Positions 1 to 18,905 of a DNA stretch of 64,000 nt are shown one piece after another. The notes beneath the pieces are model-generated. The model made no database searches and was not told the DNA's origin. It saw only the letters and a list, made by a program, of their open reading frames with translations. The position numbers and the translations under genes were made by a program. Source of the DNA: the human T2T-CHM13v2.0 reference genome, Homo sapiens; NCBI RefSeq assembly GCF_009914755.1, contig NC_060937.1. One strand, 5' to 3'. Numbering within the stretch: position 1 is the stretch's first letter; the number at the start of each line of letters is the position of its first letter.

Positions 1-406
1 GAGTTTATAAAATACGATGGTAATGTTCTAGGCCTTTACATTCACTCACTAACTCACCCAGAGCAATTTCCAGTCCTGCAAATGCCATTCATGGTAGGTA
101 CCCCATACAGGTATACCATGTTTTATCTTTTATACCCTATTTTTACTGTACCTTTTCTATGTTTAGATATTTTTGCCTACACAAATACTTACCATTGTGT
201 TACAAGTGCCTCAGTATTCAGTATAGTTAACACAATGCCAGAGTTTCGTAGCCTAAGACCAACGGGCTATATACCATAGAGTGTAGGTGTGTAGTAGGTT
301 ATATCATTTATGTTTGTGTAAATACACTCTGTGATGTGTACACAACAATGAAATTGTCTAACAACACATTTTTCAGGTCATATCCCTCTTAAGTGGCACA
401 TGATTG
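1..406 (+). mobile_element. Tigger3/Golem (MER7-type) DNA transposon, terminal part
   Basis: Typical internal text (cacaaatacttaccattgtgttacaa, tttgtgtaaatacactctgtgatg) and a decayed TIR ttaagtggcacatgattg followed by TA. Confidence 0.8.
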
Positions 407-779
407 TATAAACTTAGGTCTATTTCTGAACTGTATTGTACTATATTATCTGCTTTGTACTGCTTTTAAACAGTACGAATAATTAATGCAAATAACTTTT
501 TAAAGTATGCTATGGCAGTGCTTCAAGAGTTATGCATGTACTTTAAAATTCCATTAAAATATATTTTTAAAAGTGAACTGTATAGCCATTTATAAAATGT
601 TAAGGAACACCATGTTTAAATGTGCTCTACAGGATGCCTACTTGGGCTAGGACGTAGTGGTCAAAAAGGTGAAAGTGGACCTAAATGTAAAAATCCACAA
701 AATATGAAAGGGGGGGAAATAGTATCAGATGAAGATAAAATTTGCTTCCCAATGCAAATGTAGCTGATAATCTAGATTA

Positions 780-4400
<3,621 letters not shown>

Positions 4401-5260
4401 AAAGCTGAAATAGTTTATTCAGAGGCTTGTCTCTAGTCTTTTGACTATTTATTCTTACACACATTCATTCAAAGCTTACAGCAAATTAAGGAATGGCATA
4501 TACATAACAGAAAGCACAAAGGTTAAAGATCTAACAAAGGAGGAAAAAACTATGAAAAGTAATTGTGGATTCCACATCTTACGTGGAAAATGTTCTGGAA
4601 ACAATTAAGTTTGGAAAAATGTTGGGTGAAACAAAATTAAACAGGTTTGTTTACCTCTGGACTTAGTCCATTTAGACTACAGTTCTAAATGGAATATAAA
4701 AATGCAGCCTTTCACAAACTTATCTGACAAGAGAATCTTTTGTTAGGGGATCTCTTGCAGAAACAGTGTTTTGCAAAAACTACAGAGAAAACTGACTTGA
4801 AATACAGATAATTACCGAAAAGTAAACTGCAATCCTATGGTTCCTTACGTTTTTAGTAACGATAATATAACTAATATATAAAAGAAGGCTAAAAGCAAGT
4901 TTAGTAATATTTGTAATGTTATAGAATGTTAAAGCACGAGTTATGAACACAAATACATATAATTATATAATATATATGACCACACATTTTTAAAAACATG
5001 CAAAATCTAATTTTTAGAAGTTACAAAGAAAGACTTCCAATTCTTTAACTCTTGAGTTCAATGCACATGGCTACTTTCCCACAAGCTTCAGACCTCAAGT
5101 TACTAATTCTGGTAGCACAGTGCCCATCACATAGCAGCACTTAATAACTATTAAGTATCAGTAAAAACACACACACATACACACACACACTCTGCTATGC
5201 ACATAATTTGACTTCTTTTGGTTGAATCCATTTAGTAAAACATGATTCTCTTTCCCCCTA

Positions 5261-5887
<627 letters not shown>

Positions 5888-8580
5888 TTGTACCTCTGTG
5901 AGTTTGGGACTATAGGTTTCATTTTTGTTCTGATTCTTCTAAAACAGCAACTTAATTATTCCTATTCTGAACAGGATCTTGGGCTCCTACAAAGGTACAG
6001 TAACAATTCAGTGCAGAAAAGATAATATTCAAATCAGTCATGGAAGAGACGACTGCTTTACTCTTGTCTGAGTACTTATCCAACTTTAGTACTTTGGCAT
6101 GGTGATAGACAAAAAAATAGAAAATAAGGTAATAGGAACCATCTTCTAGGTAACAAGGCAGAGTCAAACCATAAACCATCTTAACCTAAAGCTAACAGTG
6201 TTCTGCTTATACTGATAGTCTTTAAAATGCTTCAATATTTTTCCTGAGGAAAACTTCTCACTTTTCAGTTATATCTGAATGTCTCAATTACCTTATTTAT
6301 TCTTGTACTTTCACCTTGAAATACTATGCATCTACTGATTATAGAAAATAAATTCATTCACTCATCTAGGATAATGGTCCAGAAAACAAGAACAATGTAA
6401 TGTTTGACAGTAAACATTGGCAAGGGCTGACAGTTTTTTCTTGGGAAGGCCTATCCTTTACTGCGAGTTCATGTTCTCCTACATTTTCAGTGTTAAAATT
6501 TCCTTTATTTTATATAACAATGGTGATAGAACATGACAATCTTTTTGTATTTTTAAAGTATTCTTCCCTGGCAAAATAAAAAGTTGATACCTCTATGACA
6601 AACACACAAATTTTTAAATTCCTAAACTTTACTGTTCCCTGAAATCCAAAAGTTTGAAGACCACTGCTCTATGTGTATCCTGCTTGTATAAGATAAGCTT
6701 CAACTTAATTTTCTATTCTTTTCAACATTACAAAATTTTAAGAAACTTTCTGGCTTAAGGATATGCTTATGCTTTAACAACTTTTGTAACTAAAAATCTA
6801 AACATTTATCATAGCAGTGGTCATTACTCTTTTTAGTCTATTAAGTAAATCCAACTAAAGCTATTTCCTCTAAATAGGTAATTCTCATTAGACCTAACTT
6901 GGCCTTAGTTATTCTGTCACTTATTCAACCTTCATGTAATTCAGTGCTAAAGTCTTCCTTATACATTAATCCCTGGTGTTTTTTATTGCTATTAATTTTG
7001 AAAAATACATTGTATACACGCCTAAGGTACAAAAAGCAAGACCCAAGAAAGAAGGTACGTGTCAAAAGTCTTTCCGCGAGCAAAATTTCCAAAAATTATT
7101 TAAGAAGAGGTTTTAATTTTTTCTCAGCCATATAAGCAAGCAAGGGAAGTAGTACATATTTAAAGTTCTTAATAAATCCACAAATTTGGCAATATCTGAA
7201 CCATTTGTACAGTAACAACTATCATTATTTTATAATACCACTATTCCCTAGAAAATACATAAAACATAAAACTACTTATCTAGCAAGAGACTAAAAATTA
7301 TCAACTGAAGCCACCACTGAAAGGAAGCTTATTCTAAACCTGCACTTAACAATACCCTGGAGAGAACATTTAATCAAAGATCTACCTTTTTCAATATAAC
7401 ATACACACATACAAGCTTATGAGTTTTAAAATCTCATCAATTTTAAATTACTTTTTACTTTCACAAAAGAACATTAAAGAAATGATTATTCAAAGCTAGC
7501 TTTAAAAAGAGAACACCCTAAGATCAGGAATTCCTATTTTATAAAATAATATACTACCCCCTACCTCTACCCCCAAAACTAGATTTTTTCAAGGCTCCAG
7601 TTGAATGACTTATCAGACCCATAGTCTTATGGTTACAATGCCCCAAGGGCAACTTCTACCAGGTAAGCAATGTACCACTGTGCTGGCAGAGAACATTCAC
7701 TACAAAGAGGATAAATAAATGTAGAGGTTTTTTCAAAACTTATTTAAGTTGAAATCAACTTAAAACTTCTGAAAAGCATCTCACTCTTTCATTGCTTTCA
7801 TTTGGAAAACTATTTCATCCCTGGAACAATGGCAAGGACAAAACAGTGACACTGTCTTCTCTACAATTCCTGAAGAAAGAACACACAGGGCAAAAAAGGC
7901 TCCTATGAATCCCCTACACCTCACTCCCATTTTCCTTTTTTTTTAATCTTTGAAACCCAAATGAAAGACAAGGTTGCAGATATTCCGGTCAGTCCTTGGA
8001 AAGACAATTCAAGATTGATAGTTTAAGGTAACTTTACTAAGAGTACCCTCAAAGTTAGAGGTATAGACCATGTCTTAGGCAAAAAGTCATAGAAGTCTAG
8101 TTGGGGCTATGCTGAACTAGGGACACTTCTTTTAGAGTTCAACCTGATGAGACCAGGAAGCAGTAGATGAGGAATGGCTAAGATGGGCAGACATTAGAAC
8201 TGCTTGTACCTTATCCCTCACCACTCATTCTGCCAAAGCAGATCCTGTTTTGGGTCGGCTGAAAAAAAAGAATAATGGGTAGTGGAGTGGCCCTATCTAC
8301 TATGAAAAAGAAAGAAAGGAGAATCCCTGGTATCTCACGACAGCACAATTTGACATTCCACTTGGTGACTAAATATGTATTTTAATTGTATTATGTTACA
8401 CACAGAATTGCTTATAACTGCATTAGGACATTCTTTGAGGGCATGAATTCCACTTCAGGTGTTCTACCTATTGTCAAAGCATATTATTTAGTAAGTTAAA
8501 AAATTCATTTATATTAAAACTTAAAAGTAATACTTATAAATCATTTAAATCTGAATTGATAAATTATTTTTAAAACTTAC

Positions 8581-8667
8581 TGCTTCAGCTTCTGCTCTTG
8601 TCTTGAATGTAATTACTGCATGAAGTGAGGAATCATCAATCTGACAATCTTCAATTTCACCATATTG
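8581..8667 (-). CDS. RBM26: RBM26 exon 20 (87 nt), RRM2: QYGEIEDCQIDDSSLHAVITFKTRAEAEA
   Basis: tttaaag|CAA acceptor, GCA|gtaagt donor; ORF 8545..8787. Confidence 0.96.
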
Positions 8668-11338
8668 CTTTAAATTAAAAAAAAAGTATTTCCTCCAAAT
8701 AAATATTTTGAAATATCCAAAAATCCTAATGGTATTAAAAAACATTAAAATACTAATAAATATAACCCAGAATACATAACAATTCATAATGGTTAACAGA
8801 AAAGTATGGTGAGTAATTTATTTTAGTACTTGATAAGATAAAAGGTGGTCCTGTCTTCCAATCTTACATACAATTCACACTTCCCAGAATTAGTAAAACT
8901 TATACTCAATTGAACTATGCTTTAAATGAAGGAAATAATGGTCAAAGCCTGAGCGTTCTTGCTAACTAACTTTCCTCTTATACTCACTAAACCAATCCCA
9001 AGATAAACTCTTTCTTAAGCAACATACTGAATCCTCAGAATTTGTGAGTTTTTGGTATCATTCTCAATAAATGGGGAAAGAAAGAAAAAGAAAATTTAAG
9101 TAACTTCCCCAAAATTAATTGTTAATTAATGGGAAGAGATTCCAGGTCTCTTGATTCAAAAGTTTAACACCCTAACTGACCATGGTTTTGCTTACTACAC
9201 ACTCTACTGTACTTTATAGTTGTTTAGAACATTTAAAAGCTAAACACATTATATTATTCCTGTTTTTGGTTTGTTGGATTTTTTTCCCTCATGTGTGGGA
9301 GGATTTTTCTACAAACAGCAACCTTTATCCCACAAAATTCTAGTCCTTTATATATCATTATCAATACCTTCCTAATTATCCCCCCCAAAAATTATAACTG
9401 TAATCTCATTAGCTCCACACATATCATAGAAATGTTCTGTAGAGCACAGTAAAGAGAATGTCCTAGAGCCACTAAGATTCTAGCTCTGCCAGTTATTAGC
9501 TGTGTAAACAAGTTACTTAACCTCATCATGCATCATTTTCTTCACCTCTAAAATGGGCGTAAATAAAGGTATCTACCTCACAGGGTTATCCAAATAATTC
9601 ATAATGAATTATTGTAAGGCACTCAGAGGGCATACCTGCCACAAAGTAAGTGCTCTATAGGTTTTTAGTTATAATTTTTATTACTATTACTACTGGTACT
9701 GGAAGATACAGCATTTTTGTTAATCACAATTTGTAATAGTTAACGGTCCTTTAACATCACAGATATTAAATAATGTAAATTTTTTTTCCTCTGACATCCA
9801 TCATGTGTTCAAATCATAGGTTGAGAGAAAAGAAGCTAAACTTCAACTAAACCTGTGCTCATACTTAAGACTAATAATTTAAATGTGAACTTTGGAGTGA
9901 AATTTCAATGTCCAAATGCATGTCAGAATTTTCATTTAGAGGCTCTGAATACTTCTCAGCCAAAAGCACCTTAGTCTCACCAAAACATAAATCACAACAA
10001 ACTCACTTTGTCTGTTTGGATTATTTTAGCACATTCATTGTTAGTTTCCTGATTAGCTGTAAAACTATACACAACATACAAATTATCTGGCTCTCCTTTC
10101 TCTTGTGGAAGGTGTGGAAGTGGGGTACACAGCAGGGAAAAGATGGGCAAGATTTATTTCCAAGCTCCTTTCTAGTTCTCTTAATTCCTTTCTTTATCCC
10201 TTTAAATCCACCAAGAACAAGACTTTAGACTCCTCATTCTTAAATACTAATCATTTTGGTTATTTCTTAAACATAAACCATTTCTGTCAATATCTCCTTA
10301 TGTCCTGACAAAATATCTGTAACTGCTGCAAGCCTCCAATATGATTTTTAAACACCTAAGTCTGAATTTTCAAAAGGTTAAATCATTTATGTACCTACCT
10401 ACTAGCTTACCTATTCTTTAAGATCTAAATTACAGTTTTACTACTTTATGAAACTTTCCTCTATTGTTCTTTTTTCCATCATATGCCAGCGTGATACTTC
10501 TCTAAGTTACTAAAGTATTTATAGTGCTTAATAAATTATAATTTGATTATAAATTATGTCTGTAGTTTATTCTGTGTTAAACTGATACATGTAAAAGCCT
10601 TGAGGATAAAGAACTGATTATTTCCTTCATATCTCCAGAGCAACTACTATTAAATACAATGCTGAGGGTAAAACTGATGCTTAGTAACCAACCTTTGGGA
10701 TACCACTAAGAATCACAGCATTTGAGATGAAAGGGCCATTCAGCAGGTATAATCTTCATTTTGAACATGAGCCTAATAAATCCCAGGAAGTCCAAGTTAA
10801 ATAATGGATTAACAGAGACTAGAATCCCATTCTCCCTTCTTGTAGGTCAATATATTACCATTATACAAAGTCTTTTTCATTACATCCTGACACTGACGGA
10901 GGCAACTTCAAGATCATAGGTCAAAATTTTATCTTGTTTCAATACTGGGTCAGCTAGATCAAGAATACATTTTTAACAAACACAAACCTTATTTTAAAAA
11001 TCTGGATGGCCCATGCAATATGTTAACTTTTTCTTTAAAAGTAAATATCAAATCAAACTAAACTACAAGACTTCCCTCTCTGAAACAGCAAAGTTTATAT
11101 TGTTCATTTCACAGTATTTCATGGCCTACTAAGTGTAAGAATAGTAATGTCTCTTCTAGATAATTATACAAATCCTACAGTTTGTTTTTAAATTAACAAA
11201 AAAATTAAAGATTAAACTCTTTGTTCAGATTAACGAGTTGAAATTACTTATGTCCTTTTCATAACTTCCTCTTTAATTATGTCTACTATCCCCAATGATG
11301 ATTATCAGCATTTGTTTTGTTGAGCAGTAAGAAAGTAC

Positions 11339-11539
11339 CGCAAAATGAGGAAGAAGATCTTCTCTATCGCTCTCCGTAAATGCAGAAATCTCCAATGCCC
11401 TGGGACGGTGATCCACCACAGCATGACCAGGCACACCTCGCCCTCGCCCTCGCCCCCTGCCTCGGCCATGAACTGCACCTCGACCTCTTGAATGAATTCC
11501 TCTGCCCCGACCAGATGAAAGAATCCCTCGTTTGGCAGC
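11339..11539 (-). CDS. RBM26: RBM26 exon 19 (201 nt), RG repeats and start of RRM2: AAKRGILSSGRGRG...REDLLPHFA
   Basis: ttctag|GCT acceptor, GCG|gtactt donor; the ORF track shows a different frame here. Confidence 0.96.
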
Positions 11540-12169
11540 CTAGAAGAGATTAGACACACAGGTTAAACAATGCTGTGATTACTAACACAAGCCAAGCATT
11601 ACACTCTGGCAGATGAATAAAACTTTAATGCAATTTGACAATGTATTCAAATGCCCTATAAAAGGATCACATAATTTAAATTGGGGTTTTAGTTTAGTGA
11701 AAGTAAATGTAGGTGGCTAGTAAACTGAAACAAAAAAATAACACTGAGGTCTTGGAATTACTAAATGTGCCTTTTTCTAAGTTCTTGCTCTCTAAGACAT
11801 CAGGATATATCACAAAAAGATCAGCAACTCCTGATTTCCAAGTATGCAGTGTTAAATGTTACTTCAGAAGTCAGGATAATAAACAGATAATACCTACATT
11901 CACAATAAATACATTTTTTCCAGTTATGATTTTCTATTTGTTTGCCAATTGACTTCAATAGGTACAGTTATCTCAAATCATTTTAATTACTTATCACTAA
12001 CATCATTATAGAACTGATGTAACACACTGATATTCTACATTATTCTGTATGATGATAGCACACCACTCCTTCATTCCACAAATACTTAATGTGCACTTTC
12101 TGTGTGCAAGTCTTTACCCTCATGAAACCCAAGTCGTAAGTGTAAAGAAGCATTAAACAACTAAGTTAT

Positions 12170-12468
<299 letters not shown>

Positions 12469-13364
12469 TTATTTAACTATATTAATGAGAAGTGACTCAA
12501 AACGTGAAGAAATGCTTTAAGATTCGAGAAGAACTTCAAAGATTTGCAGTGAATAACCCACTAGAATGTACGTTCCCTCAAGATATTTTTTTTTCCATTT
12601 TATTCTCCGCTTTATTCCCAGCAGTAGCTGGTGGATTGTATTTAATACTTGTTCAATGAATCAAAGGAGGAGCAAAGAAAAAAGGCAAGAATGAGGTAGG
12701 GGTTACGGCATGAAAAAAGGCACCAACGCTGAAAGAAATGTAATTTCCCAAAGAATGAATATAATCCAGTGTAGCTGGATGGAGAGATAAGCCTGGAGAA
12801 AGGCAGAGTCAGATTACACATAACTTTAAGGATCATGTTAAGGATTCTGAGTTTTATCCCAAGAGCCATAAAAATAAATTAAAAGATTTTAAGCAGTAAA
12901 AGAGTGATGTAACCAAATCAGTGCTGAAGAGGATATTCTGGCTAGAGTTTTAAGAACAGAGTAGAAGGAAGAAAAGAAGCTGGGAAACCATTCAGTATGC
13001 CACTACAAAAGACCTGAAGAAGGAAGTCTGGACTACAGTAGTGGCAATGGAGATAGAAGTAAACGCATTTAAGATACATTTAGGAGTAACATATATAAAA
13101 TTTGATAATTAATTAGATATAGATGCTGAAGCAAAGGGAGAAATCAATTAAGACTGCCAGATTTCTGGTTTGTATAACTGTACAGATGGGGTGTAGGAGC
13201 AAGATAAGCAAAATTTTGAAGATGTTGAGTCTTAGATGTGAGATACCCAAATGGAAGTGTGAAGCAGGCACAGCTGCCAAATCTCTGCTAGTACAGGTAT
13301 TTCAGTTTCTGCATCTCAAGACAGTTAATCTTAGCATTAGCTAAAATAATCATCTAATATCCAA

Positions 13365-13810
13365 ATAATAATGCCAAGTGAAATAAGCCAGGCAAAGAAA
13401 TACAAATACTGTATGATCTCACTTATACATGGAATCTAAAACAATCAAACTCATAGAAGCAGACAGCAGAATGGTGGTTACCAGGGGCTGTGGGGACAGG
13501 AAGAATGGAGAGATGTTGGTCAAAGTGTACAATGTTTCAGTCAGATAGGAAGAGTAAGTTCTAGAGATCTATTGTACAGCACTGGTTGGTGACCACAGTT
13601 AATAATAATTATTGTATACTTGAAAATTGCTGAGAGAGTAGAGTTTAAATGTTCAATTTTCATCAAAAAAATCACAAGTATGTGGGGTGATGGACATGTT
13701 AGCTTGACGTAATCAATTCACAACTTACACATATATCAAAACATTTTGGATTATCATATATATAATTCTTCATTTGTCAATATAACAAAATAACACGTAA
13801 TAATAAATTT
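13365..13810 (+). mobile_element. L1MA-type 3' end
   Basis: aagtgaaataagccaggc...atgatctcacttatacatggaatctaaa...ttctagagatctattgtacagc. Confidence 0.85.
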
Positions 13811-15356
13811 TGAAGCTCAAGGATTAATATTAGTAATAGAACAGTATATACGGAAGTATGCTCTGAGGAATATTAATGCCTCAAAATGCTCCTTGAAAAG
13901 GAGGGTCCTTGGACAAATAAACTTGAGTAACACTGAATACTTAATATGTATTTTTAGAGATTCAGAAATTAAAAGCCTCTAAGAAACCCCACAGTAAAAA
14001 CGCATATCCAATATAACCTGTTCTAAGGTTGTATTATTTAGCCTAAGAACCTTTTTTCACCAGTTTTCTATTAACAACTAATGGAATGACTGTGCTGAAT
14101 GAACACACTCTGGGAAGTACTGCATTACTGCATAAAACTAATATTCACTGAAAACTAAACGTAAGCCGTGATAAAGGAAAAACAGAAAATGTCATTCAGT
14201 GTTTAGCTATGTTATAATAAAAAAGCAAAACACAGAATAATAAGGAATTTTGTTAATGCTATTATTTATTTAAATTATGGGCCAGAATTTTGAAAATGAT
14301 ATTTTGTTTCAAAGATTCCACCAACACTGGCATAAAATCGCTACAATGGGAAAAACACAATTTCTCTATTAACATAAAAGAAATATTTTTCAAACTTTTT
14401 TTTTTCCCCAAAAAAAATACTGGGCAGGACACACATGCAACCACATCAAGTTTCCAGAGAATGCAAAGGTATGAACATTTAGGACAACATCCTATGGCTT
14501 CCTATGACTTTCAGAGAAGACAGAGCTTTAAGGCAAGTATGGTAGCTACTAAATGTTAAGTCTTTAATACCTGGATGGCAGTATTCAAAACAGATTTCTA
14601 CCGTGTCCAAAAAATGATCAAGTTGCCAACAAGTTAAGAAAAAAGCATTAATCTCAGCTAAAGCTAAATAATCTAAAGTATAAAAATCTTAAATTCCTGT
14701 ATCAAACCACAATACAGACATGTGCCAACTATATTAATGACGTTAATGTCTATTTCAAAATACAGTTCCAATCTTTGAACCTCTTTTTGCTATTCAAAAA
14801 TTCTCTCTCATATCATATAACAGGAATCAATTTCACTAGGAGTTGTTTCTTATATAAATAACCATCTAATTAAATTACAAGAAAGAAGTTTATTTCTCTT
14901 TTCTAAACATCCACAGCACCATCTATAGGCAAAACTCAAGTAAACATATTCTTCAAAATAGTTCTCAATATAGTTCTCCAACTAAAACTCGCATACAGCA
15001 ACTCAATTTATATGCAAAGAATATCTCCATAAGAATACCTGAAAAGACTTTATTATAAGTTTTCTATTCCAGGGAGGACAGACCAAAAATAGAAAGAAAT
15101 AAAATTCATTAGAAATGGAGGAACTTGGGGATATAGGCAGAATTACTGCCACTCCTCATTAAATAAGATTTTATCTAGTACCTCTGAAAAATTTGTTGAC
15201 CTCTTCCCTCTTTCCTATATTAACATCTCAATATGTATGCCAGGGATTACCAACAATTACTAATGAGAATGAAGGGAAGGGAATATATTTTTAAATTGAC
15301 CACTACAACTACATTTGCTTCTTTTAAGCCTACTGTGTAGTTGTGATTAAACATAC

Positions 15357-15461
15357 TTCCAGCTGTAATTCTGTATACTTTCTCCTAAGTTCAGTGACTT
15401 CTTCTCCAGCCTGCATCTTCTTATATAAATCCAGTTCTGTGTCAAGTAATTCCTTCTGCAT
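15357..15461 (-). CDS. RBM26: RBM26 exon 18 (105 nt): MQKELLDTELDLYKKMQAGEEVTELRRKYTELQLE
   Basis: tttttag|ATG acceptor, GAA|gtatgt donor. Confidence 0.96.
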
Positions 15462-16898
15462 CTAAAAAATAGTAATTAATATTTTAGTTGACAGTAATTA
15501 CTATCCTGTATTGATACAAACCTTTTTAAAGTAACTTTTACGCAGTCCCATTTAATCCATATATTTCTATCTCCAGTATAATCACTCTAATCCAAGCCAA
15601 AATACTCCACACCTCCACAATAACTGCAACAGCTTCCTAACTTGTTGCTACTTTCACTGATTTTCCTATAATTCATTTTCCATACAGCAGCCAGAAGGAG
15701 ATTTACATAGACTGATATGGGGTAATTAAAGGAAATAACTGAAAGGAAAAGTAAAAAACAAACCCTAAAAAACCAAGGTGCTAATGAGCAATACAGAGTA
15801 TGTTTTTATGTAGAAAACATACCTATCTACATTCATACATTTACAAAAAGAAAAACTAGGATAAACCAGAACTAATGATACTGGTGACCTATAAGGGATG
15901 GGTGGGGACAGAGTGCCAGGAGTCAAAGGGAAAGGGGTCTTTTATGTATTCCTTTTTATATAGTTTTGCTTTTGAACCATGAGAATTGTTTCACTTGTTC
16001 AAAGAATAAAATACAATCTGCAAGAATTGGGGCCAGGGAGAGGCGATCCAAAACTGAATACAAATGCAAATAGATTTAACTTTATCAAATTAGTAACAAC
16101 TACACAAAAGGGGGAAAAAAGTAATTTTAGACCACAGTTCTGACTTTACACCTTTAGTGGAATACACCGAGGCTGTAAAGAACGTAAATACATTTGAATT
16201 TTATATTTAGTTAGTTGTTGGAAGTGGTATTGTTGTAGCAATTTTTGAGCTACTTTGAACGTATTATAGCACTGTGTTTAATAATAATATATTGATATTA
16301 GTGGAACGAAGTTGTCATTATGGGAACAGAAATAAAATATGAAATAAGGAAGAGCCATGTGATGTTGGGTTTGAATTTAAAATATCAATTAGAGTCATGA
16401 CCTTATACATATATACATACAGACACACCAAGTATAAACATTGTATAACCCTGTTTTTTTCTTAATCACTTATTACCATCTATGTAGATTGATCTACCTG
16501 ATCAACCTGAATTTTCCCCTTTTCAGTCAATCCACCGTGTACGGTGTTGTCAGAATGTTATTCATACTTGTCTATTATTAACCCTCTATATCACCAACTA
16601 CTATTATATAAAACTAGTCAAGCAGTCAAGTACCTATATCACTTTGTCCTCAAGCGGCCTTTTCAAGGTTACCCATGACTATTTTTCTAATTAGTGACTT
16701 TCCAACTATAACAGAATTTAAAAGATTAGTAAAGTTTACTTGTTTGTACTTTTTTATTTATGGCAGGGGGAGAATGGTACATACAATGGTCAGATTTTGA
16801 ACAGAAGATATTACCTACAAGAAAAACTGAATCTTAAAAATGTAGTGTCTAATGCTTGTTAATAAGTAATAATATGAACAACAATGAAATTAAAATAC

Positions 16899-17066
16899 CT
16901 GAGTCTTGGTTTTTATACTTTTTGGAAGACAGCGTCCAGGAGAAGCAGCTTTGACCTCATCTTTCAACTTGGTAATATTTTTTGTCAAAACCTCTAAAGT
17001 TTTCATTATTTCTGCTTTATCTTCAGACTTCATTGTTTTGTTTTTCTCCAGTTTTGAAATTAACAT
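16899..17066 (-). CDS. RBM26: RBM26 exon 17 (168 nt): MLISKLEKNK...KSIKTKTQ
   Basis: atggcag|ATG acceptor, CAG|gtattt donor; ORF 16890..17132. Confidence 0.96.
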
Positions 17067-17844
17067 CTGCCATATTTTTAAAAAGAGAAAAATAAAGCTA
17101 ATTACTCCTATTATCATTAACAAAACAAACACTGCAAAGTAATTTAAAAATAAATATTACTACTTTTTTTAGTTTATGCATTCGTGAGAAGGCTAACAAC
17201 CATGAATTATCTAAAGATCGCAGAATAGCAGATTTGGTGATGCTAACTTTATCTCAACTCAAGTTTTACTCTTGGTTAAATTTGTGAAGAACTGTTACTA
17301 TTTGGGTCCCTCAGAACATAAGTTTGAAGCACACAACCAGAAGAAACTCAATTCTATCACTGAAAAATTATCAATTTGAAAAATATATTAACAATTTTAC
17401 TTTCTAATCCATTTGTTGATGTTACGCCTCTAAGTATTCCCACTATCAATGTCATCTCCAGCCCAGAAAGAACCAGAGGAAAAGTTTTATGGTTCCTTTC
17501 ATACAATGAGATATTAGAAAAAATGAATGTTTAATTACTTTTTCACCTGAGAATGGTATTCCCAACATGAACAGGAAACAACAAGATAAGCAAGATAGTA
17601 TGGGTAAAAGAAGCCACATGATTTATTGTAGGTTTCCTGAATTAGGATGGCTTCAGTTTTTGGTTTTGTAAAGTATTGTGATTTTTCTTAATCAAGTATA
17701 TCCAACTTTAAATTAGAAAAGACACACATTTCAAATCAAAATGTAGTTTCTGTATTTTCAACATTTTGAAATGTCATACTACTAACCTTCATTACTAGAC
17801 ATAATCAAGAACTGAGACTAATTAAATGTCATAAATTAGAGTAA

Positions 17845-18160
17845 CTCAGTCCAAAAGAAAGAACCCAAGTCACATAAGTAATTTTTAATTTTCTAGCAGT
17901 CACATTAAAAACATAAAAAGAAACAAATACAATTAATTTAATAAAATATTTTGCTTAACCTAATATATCCAAAATGTGACATTTCAACAATTATTGTGAT
18001 GTTTTACTTTTTTCTTTGTACTACATTTTGAGATCTAGTGTATATTTTACACTTATAGCACATCTCAATTTGGACTAGACACATTCCAAATGCTCAACAG
18101 TCAGATGTGGCTATAGACAGTCACATGTGGCTACTAACTGCTATACTAAAAAACACAGGA
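17845..18160. mobile_element. MER33-like hAT-Charlie MITE
   Basis: aattttctagcagtcacatt...tattttacacttatagcacatctcaatttggactag...atgtggcta. Confidence 0.75.
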
Positions 18161-18484
18161 CTAGAGGATCCTAAGCTAGTGAAGAAAGGTACATATCAAT
18201 ACTGAGAAAAAAGGTTCCATTTAATTATCTGTTGAAAAAACTACTGTGCAGCAACACAACTGAATGAACACCTTAATTTCATGTTGATAACTATAGTACC
18301 AGTTAAAGTATAAAGTATACCCACCATCTGATGTATGCTCTTCATCTCCAATATTATCACTGACAAATATTTGTTTTACCATTACCAATTATAGTAAATC
18401 TTTTTATGACTAGGTAGCATAAGATTAAGTTCACTCCAAATTATAACATTTGCAATTTGGCCAAATCTAACTTTAACATTTTAC

Positions 18485-18559
18485 CTTCTGTGTTTCAATG
18501 TGCTTTTCTAAAATTTCTTGTTTCCTTTTCCTTACATCCTGCTGAAGTTTCAATGCCTC
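18485..18559 (-). CDS. RBM26: RBM26 exon 16 (75 nt), coiled coil: EALKLQQDVRKRKQEILEKHIETQK
   Basis: ttctag|GAG acceptor, AAG|gtaaaa donor. Confidence 0.96.
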
Positions 18560-18905
18560 CTAGAATCAGGGATCAAAAATATCATTAGAATATTACTAAG
18601 GATAAACAATATTATTCAAGAGAAGAGAAATAGTTGTAACTGCAGAAGTCTGTCAACAAAAATTATATGCAAGGCTTTTCTATGTAAAACTTAAAATATG
18701 TATGCAAGTTTCAAAGATTAATCACAGGAACCTTTCTTTCAAAGAAAAAATTTTTATTTACCGCTATACTATGGAAAATAAACGTTCAGTGGCAGCCAAC
18801 AAACACCCTTGTAGTCTTATTTTGCAATAAGCACTGAAAAAACACATACACAAGGAAAGCTTTCCTATATGCAAAAATTTTTTATACTATACCAGTTGTA
18901 CTTAC

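Noticed and set aside
11305-11559. 84-aa ORF overlapping exon 19 in another frame
   Set aside because: Shadow frame of a GC-rich exon, starting in the intron at a non-ATG codon; the RBM26 frame explains the sequence.
15305-15344. 9-bp stem (acaactaca/tgtagttgt) just downstream of the exon 18 donor
   Set aside because: A stem this short is plausible by chance in 64 kb of AT-rich DNA and it does not cover the splice site.
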